From Spirochaetia bacterium (lineage in GTDB: Bacteria; Spirochaetota; Spirochaetia; UBA9216), in the NCBI GenBank assembly GCA_963677925.2, contig CAXXYH010000004.1, positions 288,001-352,000 of the forward strand: a DNA stretch of 64,000 bases, in the 5' to 3' direction. The position numbers and the translations under genes were made by a program. The notes beneath the pieces were generated by a model. That model searched no databases and had not been told where the DNA came from. It worked only from the letters and a program-made list of their open reading frames with translations. Positions 30,371 through 39,971 of this stretch are shown one piece after another. Numbering within the stretch: the stretch's first letter is position 1; every line of letters starts with the position of its first letter.

Positions 30371-31163
30371 ATTCTGGCTTGAAAGCAACCGGAATTGGCT
30401 GGAAAAATGCGACGGTAAAACTCTCGGAATGACTTTCTCTGCAGGCAAGGACTCATCTGTCTGCCAGTATTTTCTTAATGAGGTAAAAGAACAGTTCAAT
30501 TTTAAGCTGAAATCCTACCTCTGCGCATATCCGAGGCACAGATATTCTGATGAAGTGAATAAAAAGCTTCAGGACTACTGGGCTTCAAAGGGTGTCGATA
30601 TCTATGTACAAATACCCGAAGAGGGCGATGATCTCATGGAAAACACAAAAAACCCCTGCAGACCATGTCAGAATATTAGAAAAAGCGCTCTTCCGGAAAT
30701 TTTCAGCCTGATGAAAACTCCGGTATCAGATATTGTAATTGTTTCCGGTCACAGCCTTTGGGATATAGCAGCCTATGCCTTAAATGCCAACATTGCAAAA
30801 GAACTGGCGATCCCAAACGAAGACGATGAAACCCTAACAGACAAGCGCCTTCTTGAGGTTTCACAGAGGTTTTATCCCTTCTTTACAATGCCGGAAGGCT
30901 ACTCAGTTTACCGCCCCCTGCTGTACCTGAATCAGGCTGATATTCATCAGTTCTGCAGCGAATTTTCAATTCCAGTTATTGAGGAAGAATGCCGATATTC
31001 GTCTTGGAGGCCTAAGAACAAATTATCCGAATATTTCAGTATGTTCGGTTACAATTTTGAATATGAGCAGGTTTTTAATTACGCACAGAAATATCTTAAC
31101 ATTATTCCTCTTGACCATATTCAGACTATCAAAAGCAAAGAATATCTGTCTGAGCATTTTTAA
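30348..31163 (+). CDS. PP-loop ATPase, TtcA/Ctu1-like
   Basis: FSAGKDS PP-loop, PCRPC, SGHSLWD, VYRPLLYL. Confidence 0.8.
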   Translation: MKKELVFEFWLESNRNWLEKCDGKTLGMTFSAGKDSSVCQYFLNEVKEQFNFKLKSYLCAYPRHRYSDEVNKKLQDYWASKGVDIYVQIPEEGDDLMENTKNPCRPCQNIRKSALPEIFSLMKTPVSDIVIVSGHSLWDIAAYALNANIAKELAIPNEDDETLTDKRLLEVSQRFYPFFTMPEGYSVYRPLLYLNQADIHQFCSEFSIPVIEEECRYSSWRPKNKLSEYFSMFGYNFEYEQVFNYAQKYLNIIPLDHIQTIKSKEYLSEHF

Positions 31164-31184
31164 TACAGGAAAAGGTCCCGGCAG

Positions 31185-33083
31185 ATGGTGATAAATACGT
31201 CCTTTGTCGAAAACCGGCAGGAAAATGATATAAAGTTTACAGCAACAACAGAGCAGGCCCTGAATGAGGTAAACTGTACAAACAGCAAGGCTGTATATCA
31301 CTATGTCAGAAGGCATAAGCCGGACAGACTAAAGGACCTTTTTACGAATCTGCCCGAACCATATGATTCAATATCAAATATTGAAGCTTATCTGACCGAT
31401 GAGAACAACTGGGTCTCCTCCGAACTGATTACAAAACTGTTTGATAACGCATCAGATATTTTTGAGGATCCCGGTGTTGCATTCAATATCGGAATGGAAA
31501 CAATCACCACAAAAACAATAGGAACCCTTCAGAGCTTCTTTCTTACAACCTTTGCTACACCAAAAAGTGTAATTAAAAGACTGAATCAGATTAATCAGCA
31601 GTTCAATACAACCAAGGTTATCGAAACAGTATATATCTCAAGCAAACGGACAGTTGTAAGGCTTCACTGGAAGGAAAACAGCAAGCTGAGCAAGAATATC
31701 TGCCTTTACAATCAGGGTGTATATGCTGCAATCCCTACACTCTGGGGACAGCCGCCGCAGACGGTTACAGAAACAGAATGCTACTTCAACGGAGCCCCCT
31801 ACTGTCAGTACAACGTCACCTTCAATAAAAAAAATATATTCAAGTTCAGCTTCAAGAATCAGATTAAATCACGGAAATCCAGACTTCTGTTAGCCCTTGA
31901 AGAGATTGAAAACGACAAGCTTCTGCTTAAAAAGAAGAATGATGAAGTTATAAAACTCAACCTGGAACTGAAAGAGAAAGTCGAGCGGCTTAAAGCCATT
32001 AATGAAGCCTCCCGCCTGCTTGTTTCAATGGTTGATGCAGATGAAATACTAAAAACCACAATGAACATCATCGTGGATGTTTTAAAGTTCGACCGGGCGC
32101 TTCTCATGCTTATAGACAACAACAATGAGTATCTGGAATACATACACTCCACAGGCGCAAAGAAAGAAGAAGTCGATCTTAAACTGAAAAACTACCGCAT
32201 ACCGCTGTCAAGAAAAGAAAATATCCTGATAAGAACTACACTTGACGGCAAACCGGTTCTTATAAAAAATGCAGTTAGGGCCGGCCTCAACCCGAACAAC
32301 CTTATCATCCGCGAATTCAGTCCTAACTCTATAGCATTCTGTCCGCTGATAACCTCCAAGGGTGCAATCGGTATTCTTGCAGCCGACAGGATGGTTTCCG
32401 ATAAGCTCATCACAAGGAAAGAACTCGAACACCTGTCCATCTTTGTAAACAACATGGCTGTGACCCTTCACAAGGTCCGTCAGGACGAAGAAATCGAACG
32501 CAGCTATATCAATACAGTCAAAGCCCTCGTAAAGGCCATTGAAGAGAAGGATCCGTACACTAAGGGTCATTCCGAACGCGTGTCGCTTCTTGCAACCCGG
32601 ATAGCTACAGCCATGGATCTGTCCAAGGAAGAAGTGGAATTCATCAACATCGGCAGCCTTCTCCATGATGTCGGGAAAATCGGAATTCCTGAATCAATTG
32701 TAAGGAGCCCAAAAAAGCTCTCTGCTGCAGAATACAACATTATCAAATCTCACCCTGAAAAAGGCGCAGAAATTGTCAGCCCCATCAGGAGATTCAAAGA
32801 TCATGTCTACCTGATTAAATACCATCATGAGCATTTTGACGACACAGGATACCCTGCAGGCCTTAAAGGCTATGAAATTCCCGTTGGAGCTCAGATTGTT
32901 TCCATCGCAGACACCTATGATGCCATCACATCTTCAAGAGCATACAGAAAAGGCCTGCCAATGCAGGAGGCCGCTCTACGGATTGCGCAGGCCAGGGGAA
33001 GACAGTTCAGTCCTGAAGTAACAGACGCATTTCTGCGTGTTTATGAGACCGAAATACTCTCCGGACGCCTGAAATTAGGCTAG
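31185..33083 (+). CDS. HD-GYP phosphodiesterase with N-terminal V4R/HNOB-like sensor and GAF domain
   Basis: ETECYFNGAPYCQY V4R-like motif; FDRALLML...CPL..KG.IGILAADR GAF; KDPYTKGHSERV, LHDVGKIG, HHEHFDDTGYP, IADTYDAITSSRAYR. Confidence 0.9.
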   Translation: MVINTSFVENRQENDIKFTATTEQALNEVNCTNSKAVYHYVRRHKPDRLKDLFTNLPEPYDSISNIEAYLTDENNWVSSELITKLFDNASDIFEDPGVAFNIGMETITTKTIGTLQSFFLTTFATPKSVIKRLNQINQQFNTTKVIETVYISSKRTVVRLHWKENSKLSKNICLYNQGVYAAIPTLWGQPPQTVTETECYFNGAPYCQYNVTFNKKNIFKFSFKNQIKSRKSRLLLALEEIENDKLLLKKKNDEVIKLNLELKEKVERLKAINEASRLLVSMVDADEILKTTMNIIVDVLKFDRALLMLIDNNNEYLEYIHSTGAKKEEVDLKLKNYRIPLSRKENILIRTTLDGKPVLIKNAVRAGLNPNNLIIREFSPNSIAFCPLITSKGAIGILAADRMVSDKLITRKELEHLSIFVNNMAVTLHKVRQDEEIERSYINTVKALVKAIEEKDPYTKGHSERVSLLATRIATAMDLSKEEVEFINIGSLLHDVGKIGIPESIVRSPKKLSAAEYNIIKSHPEKGAEIVSPIRRFKDHVYLIKYHHEHFDDTGYPAGLKGYEIPVGAQIVSIADTYDAITSSRAYRKGLPMQEAALRIAQARGRQFSPEVTDAFLRVYETEILSGRLKLG

Positions 33084-33207
33084 CCTTCTAGTACTTTTTC
33101 ATTATAACCAAAAATTAATAGAAATTCGAAAAAAACGACTTGCCACGTCCAAATTCATGTGATGAAATGATTATTACACAAAAATTAGTAAAAAAGAGGA
33201 CGTTGCC

Positions 33208-34086
33208 ATGAAATTAAACCTATCAAAGTTCTGTCAGACCCGTTTCAATGTAATGATGTTCAAAAAGTTCAACCCTTACCTGTGTTTCAGTTACATGCAG
33301 ACACTAGGAAAAATTTACTACGCGCTCAATAAAAAAGAGAGGGATCTAATCAAAACTAACATTCGGGATCTGCTTGAAGGTAGAGATGAACAATTCATCC
33401 GGAAGACAACTAAAGAGGCTTTCAGGGGTATTTTCACTCACTACTTTGAGAAAATGTTTTCAGCCTATCGTAACTATCCTGAAATAAAGAAATTCATGCA
33501 GCAGAAATTTACAATTGAAAACGAACACCTCATCCAGAATGCGCTTGCTGAAGGCAAGGGTGTTGTTCTTGTCACAGCACACTGGGGAGCAGTGGAATTT
33601 ATTCCCTGGCTTCTGGCTCTGAAAGGCTACCCCATCAGTGTTATTCTTGAATGCCAGACAGATCTCCTGATGGAATCTTTAAATGATAAAACCCGCTTTG
33701 TTGACGCGGAACTAATAACTGAAGACAACTGCAGAAATGTACTGTTTGAAGCCTTCGGATGCCTCAGCAGAAACAGGGTTCTCATGACAGAATGTGATGA
33801 AGTTGATAAATGGAGAAAAAGGAAAACCCAGACTATTAACCTCTTCGGTAAAACTCTTTATTTTGACAACACACTTGATGTTCTGGCAAGAAAGGCCGAC
33901 TGTCCGGTTATAGGAACCTTCCTAAAAAGAAACGGAAACGGAACTTATACACTGTTCTGTGAAGAAATTGAACGCGGAAGAGGGACAGCTAAGAACGCAC
34001 TTGAGATGTGGCAGAAATATGTTTCCGAGAATCCTGAACAGTGGTATCAGTGGAAAAAGTGGAACAAGATGAAGGCTGCCGTCTAA
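33208..34086 (+). CDS. Lysophospholipid/LpxL-like acyltransferase
   Basis: ALAEGKGVVLVTAHWGAVE (Hx4E), LFGK, PEQWYQW C-terminal motif. Confidence 0.88.
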   Translation: MKLNLSKFCQTRFNVMMFKKFNPYLCFSYMQTLGKIYYALNKKERDLIKTNIRDLLEGRDEQFIRKTTKEAFRGIFTHYFEKMFSAYRNYPEIKKFMQQKFTIENEHLIQNALAEGKGVVLVTAHWGAVEFIPWLLALKGYPISVILECQTDLLMESLNDKTRFVDAELITEDNCRNVLFEAFGCLSRNRVLMTECDEVDKWRKRKTQTINLFGKTLYFDNTLDVLARKADCPVIGTFLKRNGNGTYTLFCEEIERGRGTAKNALEMWQKYVSENPEQWYQWKKWNKMKAAV

Positions 34087-34862
34087 TTGAGTTTTGTATC
34101 GGCAATCTTTTTTTCAATATTCTCCTGCAGCGTTTCGAAGATAAAGGAATGGATCCGGTTTTTAGTTGCCGGGTCTGTTCTTTTATCAAAAAGAAGAACA
34201 TAGATAATATTGTTACCTTCCGCACGGCGGCCGATAACAGGCCCTGAAACCCTTGCAAGCTTTCCTTTCAGTTTGACCTGCATATCAGAAAGAACGGTAT
34301 TCTGGGGAATATTCACATCATCGGTAGTAGAAAAAGCCATACCGACAGAACTGATATCTCTTATTATTCCGGAGCGCAGGCTTCCGTTAAAATTAAAATT
34401 ATATTCAGTATTTTTAAGTTCGCTGCTGTCGATTCGGAGGTACTTTCTACGGCCTTTTGCCTCATTTGCTTCAAGAGTCTTTAAAATAATTTTTTTGCTC
34501 TGCTCAAGCCCCAGTTTAAGAATGACGTACCCGCAGGGAATCATAAGATCCATCAGGTACTTTTCAGCCATTGATTTATCTTCATTATAGGTTACTACAC
34601 CAAGCATGGCTGAATTGTCATCACTTTCCATCATCTCTTTAATATATTCAAACCAGTCATTATCTTTAAGAGCTTCATCAATATTTACAAAGACAATGGG
34701 ATCCTGATATTCGGATATCAATTTCCTGAGTCTCTGATGATCGCGTACCTGATATACTGCATACTCATTTTCAACCAGCTCTTTAACCAGTTCCTGTTTT
34801 ATCACACTATGAGGATATAAAAAGAATACCACTTTGGAATCGAAAGTGTTGCTGCCGTTCAT
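34083..34862 (-). CDS. PilZ domain protein (c-di-GMP receptor)
   Basis: RRKYLR (RxxxR) and DISSVG (DxSxxG); ATG 34862 after CAGGAG. Confidence 0.88.
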   Translation of the reverse strand: MNGSNTFDSKVVFFLYPHSVIKQELVKELVENEYAVYQVRDHQRLRKLISEYQDPIVFVNIDEALKDNDWFEYIKEMMESDDNSAMLGVVTYNEDKSMAEKYLMDLMIPCGYVILKLGLEQSKKIILKTLEANEAKGRRKYLRIDSSELKNTEYNFNFNGSLRSGIIRDISSVGMAFSTTDDVNIPQNTVLSDMQVKLKGKLARVSGPVIGRRAEGNNIIYVLLFDKRTDPATKNRIHSFIFETLQENIEKKIADTKLN

Positions 34863-34943
34863 CAAGTCTCCTGAATTAAGATTAGGCCATGTTCCAATTT
34901 CAATCAAGCTGTAATTTTTCAATTTCTGTGCTATTTTTAACTG

Positions 34944-35498
34944 ATGAAATTAATTTCTTTCCTTGGAAACAAGGGTAAAAAATATGAAAAAACAAGGCAC
35001 AACCTGGCCTGGATTGTATCAGAAGATGTAAATAATCTTAATTCTGCGGTCTGGAATTCCAAATTCAATGCAGACTTCACCAGCTTAAAAAAGAACGGCA
35101 CAATTTATCTTTTAAAACCAATGACTCTAATGAATCGAAGCGGGCAAAGTATCGCCGCGGCTATGAATTTTTATAAACTGAAACCTTCTGATCTTGTCGT
35201 TGTTCATGACGATCTTGAACTGCCGTTCGGAACAGTCCAGCTTAGAAAAGGCGGCGGCACAGCAGGTCATAACGGATTAAAATCCATTGTCAGCCAGATC
35301 GGTGCTTCAGATTTCATCCGCTTCAGACTCGGCATTTCAAGACCGCCCTCCGGCTGGAACGTTTCAGATTTTGTACTGAGCAGGTTTTCACCAGAGGAAG
35401 AGGCTGAACTTGATGACTATGCAGCTGCTGCGGCCGCAGTAATCGACAGGCTTATCGACGGGAACTCTGTCGATGAATGTAAAATCAAACTCATTTAG
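34944..35498 (+). CDS. pth: Peptidyl-tRNA hydrolase
   Basis: LGN.GKKYEKTRHN, KPMTLMNRSG, VHDDLELP, GHNGLKSI. Confidence 0.96.
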   Translation: MKLISFLGNKGKKYEKTRHNLAWIVSEDVNNLNSAVWNSKFNADFTSLKKNGTIYLLKPMTLMNRSGQSIAAAMNFYKLKPSDLVVVHDDLELPFGTVQLRKGGGTAGHNGLKSIVSQIGASDFIRFRLGISRPPSGWNVSDFVLSRFSPEEEAELDDYAAAAAAVIDRLIDGNSVDECKIKLI

Positions 35499-35544
35499 TT
35501 GAAAAGGCTATTATAATAGCATAGTCTTATATCGGAGATTATTG

Positions 35545-36096
35545 ATGTTCGTTGAAGCTGAAGTATGGAATGTAGCACACACAGATCAGGGATATGCAGT
35601 ACTGGTTAGACCGGTTGGAACAAAATCGGCTTCACCAATTTTTATTGGACAGCTTGAAGCCCAGTCCATTCTGGTCGGCATGAGCGGAATCCCGATGCCC
35701 AGACCTAATACTCATGATCTTATGATGACCGCACTTACTGAAACCGGTTGGACAATAGAGAAAATTGAAATAAGCGAACTTAAAGAGGGAATATTCTTTT
35801 CTTCTGTAAAGATGACAAACGGCGAACAGACGCTTGATCTGGACTCAAGACCCTCTGACAGCATAGCTCTGGCAGTAAGAGCAGGATGCCCAATTTTCAT
35901 ATCAGAAGAGCTTATTGATGAAACAGCCGTTTCACTTCATTTTATATCAGATAAACTTGAAACATCAGACTCGGAAACAGAAAACCTTAAACTTGAACTT
36001 GAAAAAGCACTTGATGAAGCGGTAAAGCTTGAACACTACGAGGATGCTGCTAAAATCAGAGACCAGATAAGAAAGATGGACGAAGATCTATTCTGA
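35545..36096 (+). CDS. Bifunctional nuclease family (DUF151) protein with C-terminal UVR domain
   Basis: PIFIGQLEAQSI, RPNTHDL, DSRPSDSIALA; EHYEDAAKIRDQI. Confidence 0.9.
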   Translation: MFVEAEVWNVAHTDQGYAVLVRPVGTKSASPIFIGQLEAQSILVGMSGIPMPRPNTHDLMMTALTETGWTIEKIEISELKEGIFFSSVKMTNGEQTLDLDSRPSDSIALAVRAGCPIFISEELIDETAVSLHFISDKLETSDSETENLKLELEKALDEAVKLEHYEDAAKIRDQIRKMDEDLF

Positions 36097-36152
36097 ATAA
36101 AAAAACAGGCCAAACTTGACCAGAAAATTTTTAACATGTAAACTGTTTTCAA

Positions 36153-36797
36153 ATGGGCAAAATTAATCTTATCAGCGGCGATCAGCAGTTTTCAGAAATT
36201 TTGAAAAACAGAATCAGAAGATCTGGAGGGCTTCCCGTAAACCTTTTAGAAGAAACCGAAATTGACTCAAATATAGAGTCAGATGAAGGTGAATCACAGA
36301 TTCTATGGAATAAAAGATCATCTCTGTCGGCACGAAATGCTGTTTTAAGCTGTATAAACCGCTACGAACGCATTGACGAAGCTTTTATATGCTATCAGCC
36401 CGAAGAACTAAACCGGGCTTTTCATGAAATGTCCGCACCGGTTTACGATCTCCAGATCGACCGCTGGATACGGGGTTACGGATATCTTCTGAAGGAACTG
36501 CTGCATGTTTTTATCAAGCAGAAATCCGGCAGACTTTCACTGATACTTTCATCTGATGATTCCAGGCTTATGACCCCCCTTGAATCAGCAGTTTATTCCT
36601 ACCTGAGAACATTTATAAAAAACCTTTCATCATTCTACCAGGATGAACCTGTCTCAATACTCTGCTTCGAAACTGACAGCAGAAATACAGGAGAGTTTTT
36701 TGATTACATTTTCAGGATAATCGATGACGGAAAATACTCACCCGGAAAGGTATATAAATATTCTGAACGAAAAAGTCTTTTTGATTTTAAACGCTGA
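36153..36797 (+). CDS. Hypothetical protein (degenerate SDR/Rossmann-like)
   Basis: 214-aa ORF with own promoter; no catalytic YxxxK seen. Confidence 0.6.
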   Translation: MGKINLISGDQQFSEILKNRIRRSGGLPVNLLEETEIDSNIESDEGESQILWNKRSSLSARNAVLSCINRYERIDEAFICYQPEELNRAFHEMSAPVYDLQIDRWIRGYGYLLKELLHVFIKQKSGRLSLILSSDDSRLMTPLESAVYSYLRTFIKNLSSFYQDEPVSILCFETDSRNTGEFFDYIFRIIDDGKYSPGKVYKYSERKSLFDFKR

Positions 36798-36839
36798 GAT
36801 TTGTTGAAATTCCACTCCAATTAGGATATTGTTCTCTCT

Positions 36840-38069
36840 ATGAAAATATGGTTGAAGCTTCTAATTGGTATCGTTGCAGGCATTCTGCTGGGCATTTTTG
36901 TTCCTGATTCAAAAATTGATATTTTATTTCTTGAAAAGTTTTCTTCTCTCGCCGTAAATCTCGGCAGATACATATTGTTCCCGCTCATTCTTTTCAGCGT
37001 AATAATGGGAATTTATCATCTTAATCAAAACAAGAAGGTTCTAAAACTTTTTATAAGAACAATTATTTATATGCTAATCGCAACAGCCTCACTGGCGGCA
37101 ATCGGGACGGCATCTGTACTGGTGCTCTCACCGGAAAGAATACCTATTTTCATTGAAGAGAGCTCCAGAATAAGCCTTCCCGGATTATTTGAAACTCTGA
37201 TGACAATATTTCCGAAGAACTTTTTCAGAGCCCTGTTCATTGACGGAAACCAGCTTCTGCCGGTTTTTATAATGGCGGTACTAATCGGATTCAATCTCAA
37301 CTTTGACAAAGTAGTAACACGCACCGCAGTTCAGGTTTTCGACTCACTGAAATCTGTGTTCTATCACATCAACTCATTTATTATTGAGCTGCTTGGATTA
37401 ATCATCATTCCTTCAGTCTGGTATATAACTGCACAGATTTCAAGAACCGCAGAAATTGCTCCGTTCACACAGATGCTTCTTGCCATTCTCATTGATATCA
37501 TTTTTATAATATTTGTACTTTACCCGGTTATAATCTACCTGCTGACAGGCAGAAAAAACCCTTACCGGTACATTTATGCAGCACTTGCCCCATCCCTCGC
37601 TGCATTATCAACAGGCGACAGTCTTTTCTGTCTGGGACTTCAAATTAAAAACAGCCGTGAAAATATGGGTTCAACCCCTGATGCCGGATCCGTTAACCTT
37701 CCCTTTCTTGCCGTTTTCGGTAAGGCCGGAACTGCAATGATCACCGGCATCTCCTTTATAGTAATTTTAAAATCTTACTCCAGTCTCGGGCTTAATCTTT
37801 CAGGTGTCATCTGGGTGATTGCTTTTTCATTTCTTTCATCGTTTATAATCAGCCCCTTCCCTGGAAGCGGAGTTTTTGTTGCTGTATCAATGCTATGTAC
37901 TATTTACGGAAGAGGTCTTGAAGAAGGCTATCTGATTTTAAAACCGGTCATTCCGGTTCTCCTCAGTGTCAGCGTCATGCTTGATGCAATGACAAACTCA
38001 CTGATATCAATGCTGTCCTCCAAAAAGACCGGACTGCATGATGATATTCCAATCAGCAATTTCAGCTGA
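36840..38069 (+). CDS. Dicarboxylate/amino acid:cation symporter family protein
   Basis: Multi-TM; LLIGIVAGILLG, IFPKNFF, ALSTGDS, GKAGTAM. Confidence 0.82.
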   Translation: MKIWLKLLIGIVAGILLGIFVPDSKIDILFLEKFSSLAVNLGRYILFPLILFSVIMGIYHLNQNKKVLKLFIRTIIYMLIATASLAAIGTASVLVLSPERIPIFIEESSRISLPGLFETLMTIFPKNFFRALFIDGNQLLPVFIMAVLIGFNLNFDKVVTRTAVQVFDSLKSVFYHINSFIIELLGLIIIPSVWYITAQISRTAEIAPFTQMLLAILIDIIFIIFVLYPVIIYLLTGRKNPYRYIYAALAPSLAALSTGDSLFCLGLQIKNSRENMGSTPDAGSVNLPFLAVFGKAGTAMITGISFIVILKSYSSLGLNLSGVIWVIAFSFLSSFIISPFPGSGVFVAVSMLCTIYGRGLEEGYLILKPVIPVLLSVSVMLDAMTNSLISMLSSKKTGLHDDIPISNFS

Positions 38070-38080
38070 ATATTTTCTGC

Positions 38081-38779
38081 TTAAAGATTAAAGCGGAACC
38101 CGATTTCCAGATTGATTTTTAACTGGTCATAAAACGCGGTTCCGCTGCCGTCCCACAGATTGTAGAAAGGCAGATCGGTTCCTGCTTTAATATTCAGAAT
38201 ATATGAATCCGAAAAATTCCAGTTAAAAAATCCGCCGGTATAGAGGCTTAAAAATCTGGCTTTTGCAAAATAATACTGTCTTACAAGCGCTACATCATCT
38301 CCGGCATTATCGTAGCCAATCAGGGGCAGTCTGAACAGAAGCGAGGGAGCGCCTGTTACCCCCAGTTCAAACTCTTCAGAGAGCGGGAAGATAACACCTG
38401 CTTCCGGTCTTATATCGATAGAAAGTATTTCAATTCGGTCTGCGTCTTCCCGGGTTGCAGGAACCGGTCGCGAAACATCATCACTGAAAATAACTGTATA
38501 CGGAAAATAGAATCTGATACCGGGATCAAGATAGAAAAGATCGCCTATCCTCATAGGGACCGAAATACCGGCCGGATAAATGATAAATGGCGATGCTGCC
38601 GAACTGATATTGGCGTCAGTTTCAGAATTAAATACAAAGAAACCCGCACCGGTTACTGTTATTCCTATAATATCAAAGCCGGGTAGAATTTCAGCCTCGG
38701 CAAATATTACCCCTGAAGGAAGTATCAGGAAAAAAAGGAGAATAAACAAAAACAAAATTTTTGGGGTTCGGTTTTTCAT
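38081..38779 (-). CDS. Hypothetical exported protein, possible outer-membrane beta-barrel
   Basis: Signal peptide; alternating aromatic/Gly strands; C-terminal LEIGFRFNL. Confidence 0.6.
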   Translation of the reverse strand: MKNRTPKILFLFILLFFLILPSGVIFAEAEILPGFDIIGITVTGAGFFVFNSETDANISSAASPFIIYPAGISVPMRIGDLFYLDPGIRFYFPYTVIFSDDVSRPVPATREDADRIEILSIDIRPEAGVIFPLSEEFELGVTGAPSLLFRLPLIGYDNAGDDVALVRQYYFAKARFLSLYTGGFFNWNFSDSYILNIKAGTDLPFYNLWDGSGTAFYDQLKINLEIGFRFNL

Positions 38780-38783
38780 ATCT

Positions 38784-39968
38784 TCAGAATATATCACCAA
38801 AAGCAAGCGAGATCAGCCCGGCTCTTCCAATCTCGGGGAAACGGAATTCTTCCCAGGACAGCAGATAGTTACTGCCGTCCGACCATATTCCTGTATACCG
38901 GAAATCTTCAGGAAGAACCGGAAGCTTAATGATCCTGAGTTCATCTCCGCAGACAATAATCTTATTACTGTAAAGGATGTTCCATCTGCCCTCAGCGTAG
39001 CAGGCTTCCAGAACAAGCGGAGAACGGTATGCGTTTCGTCCATCGTCTGACCGGCTTATAACCGTAACCGGAGAAAGGTGATCCTCTAAACCGGAGAGAC
39101 CGGCACTCTCAGAATTCATGTTCAGATAAATAATCCCCGCATCTCTGATTTCATCACCTAGAAGGCCCTCACCTGCCGCCCTCCGGAATCCCCGAAGAGC
39201 AAAGGGCGTTGACTCAATATCTACAGGATTATACTTTGCTCTGAAATAAGATTCATCAATTTCATTAATAGCCTTACCCTCATTATCATGCTGAAGGTAA
39301 CGGAACAGGGTCTTCTTTTCATCTGAATATTTCCACGCAATAAAAAATCCTTCACTGGTTCTGATAATCTCTACAGGTTCCCAGCCTTCATCCATACCGT
39401 TTACGGCAATATCAATAAATTCAAAACGATCCGCACCGGATCCGGCAGCACTGTAGCGAACAAGCTGAGCAGAAGGTTTCCTGACGCCTGCATTATCTGA
39501 AAAGATATCATCCCCGAAGAAATGAAAGAGAATATCAGAACCGCTTCCAAGCAGGCTTCCCAGGCATCTATACTCTGCCTGGCGCATGAATGAAGTTTCG
39601 TTCCCGGATTTTATTTCAGGAAATATCGGAAGACCGTTTTCAAAGAAGATTACCTTTGGCAGAGCCCCGTTTATTCCGGCAACCACACCCTTTGTGCCGG
39701 ATCTAAAGTCTGCAATATGCAGCTGATCGGTCCAGGCTATGAAATCTTTAGCCGGAACAAGGCTGAGAATTCTTCCAGCATCAGGATTATCCCGCATCGG
39801 AACAGGAAGCAGCTGTCCTGAGTCGTTTAAATAAAAAATACCGACTTTTTCAGTGCTGCTTCGATAATCAAATACAGAAACATCCGCACTAACAGCTCCT
39901 GAAAGAAATATTAAAAAAAGAAGTATACAGCAGGAGACCGGAGAGAGTAATTTGCTTTTTATTATCAT
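38784..39968 (-). CDS. Hypothetical exported protein
   Basis: 394-aa ORF with signal peptide in three-gene operon. Confidence 0.7.
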   Translation of the reverse strand: MIIKSKLLSPVSCCILLFLIFLSGAVSADVSVFDYRSSTEKVGIFYLNDSGQLLPVPMRDNPDAGRILSLVPAKDFIAWTDQLHIADFRSGTKGVVAGINGALPKVIFFENGLPIFPEIKSGNETSFMRQAEYRCLGSLLGSGSDILFHFFGDDIFSDNAGVRKPSAQLVRYSAAGSGADRFEFIDIAVNGMDEGWEPVEIIRTSEGFFIAWKYSDEKKTLFRYLQHDNEGKAINEIDESYFRAKYNPVDIESTPFALRGFRRAAGEGLLGDEIRDAGIIYLNMNSESAGLSGLEDHLSPVTVISRSDDGRNAYRSPLVLEACYAEGRWNILYSNKIIVCGDELRIIKLPVLPEDFRYTGIWSDGSNYLLSWEEFRFPEIGRAGLISLAFGDIF

Positions 39969-39971
39969 ATG

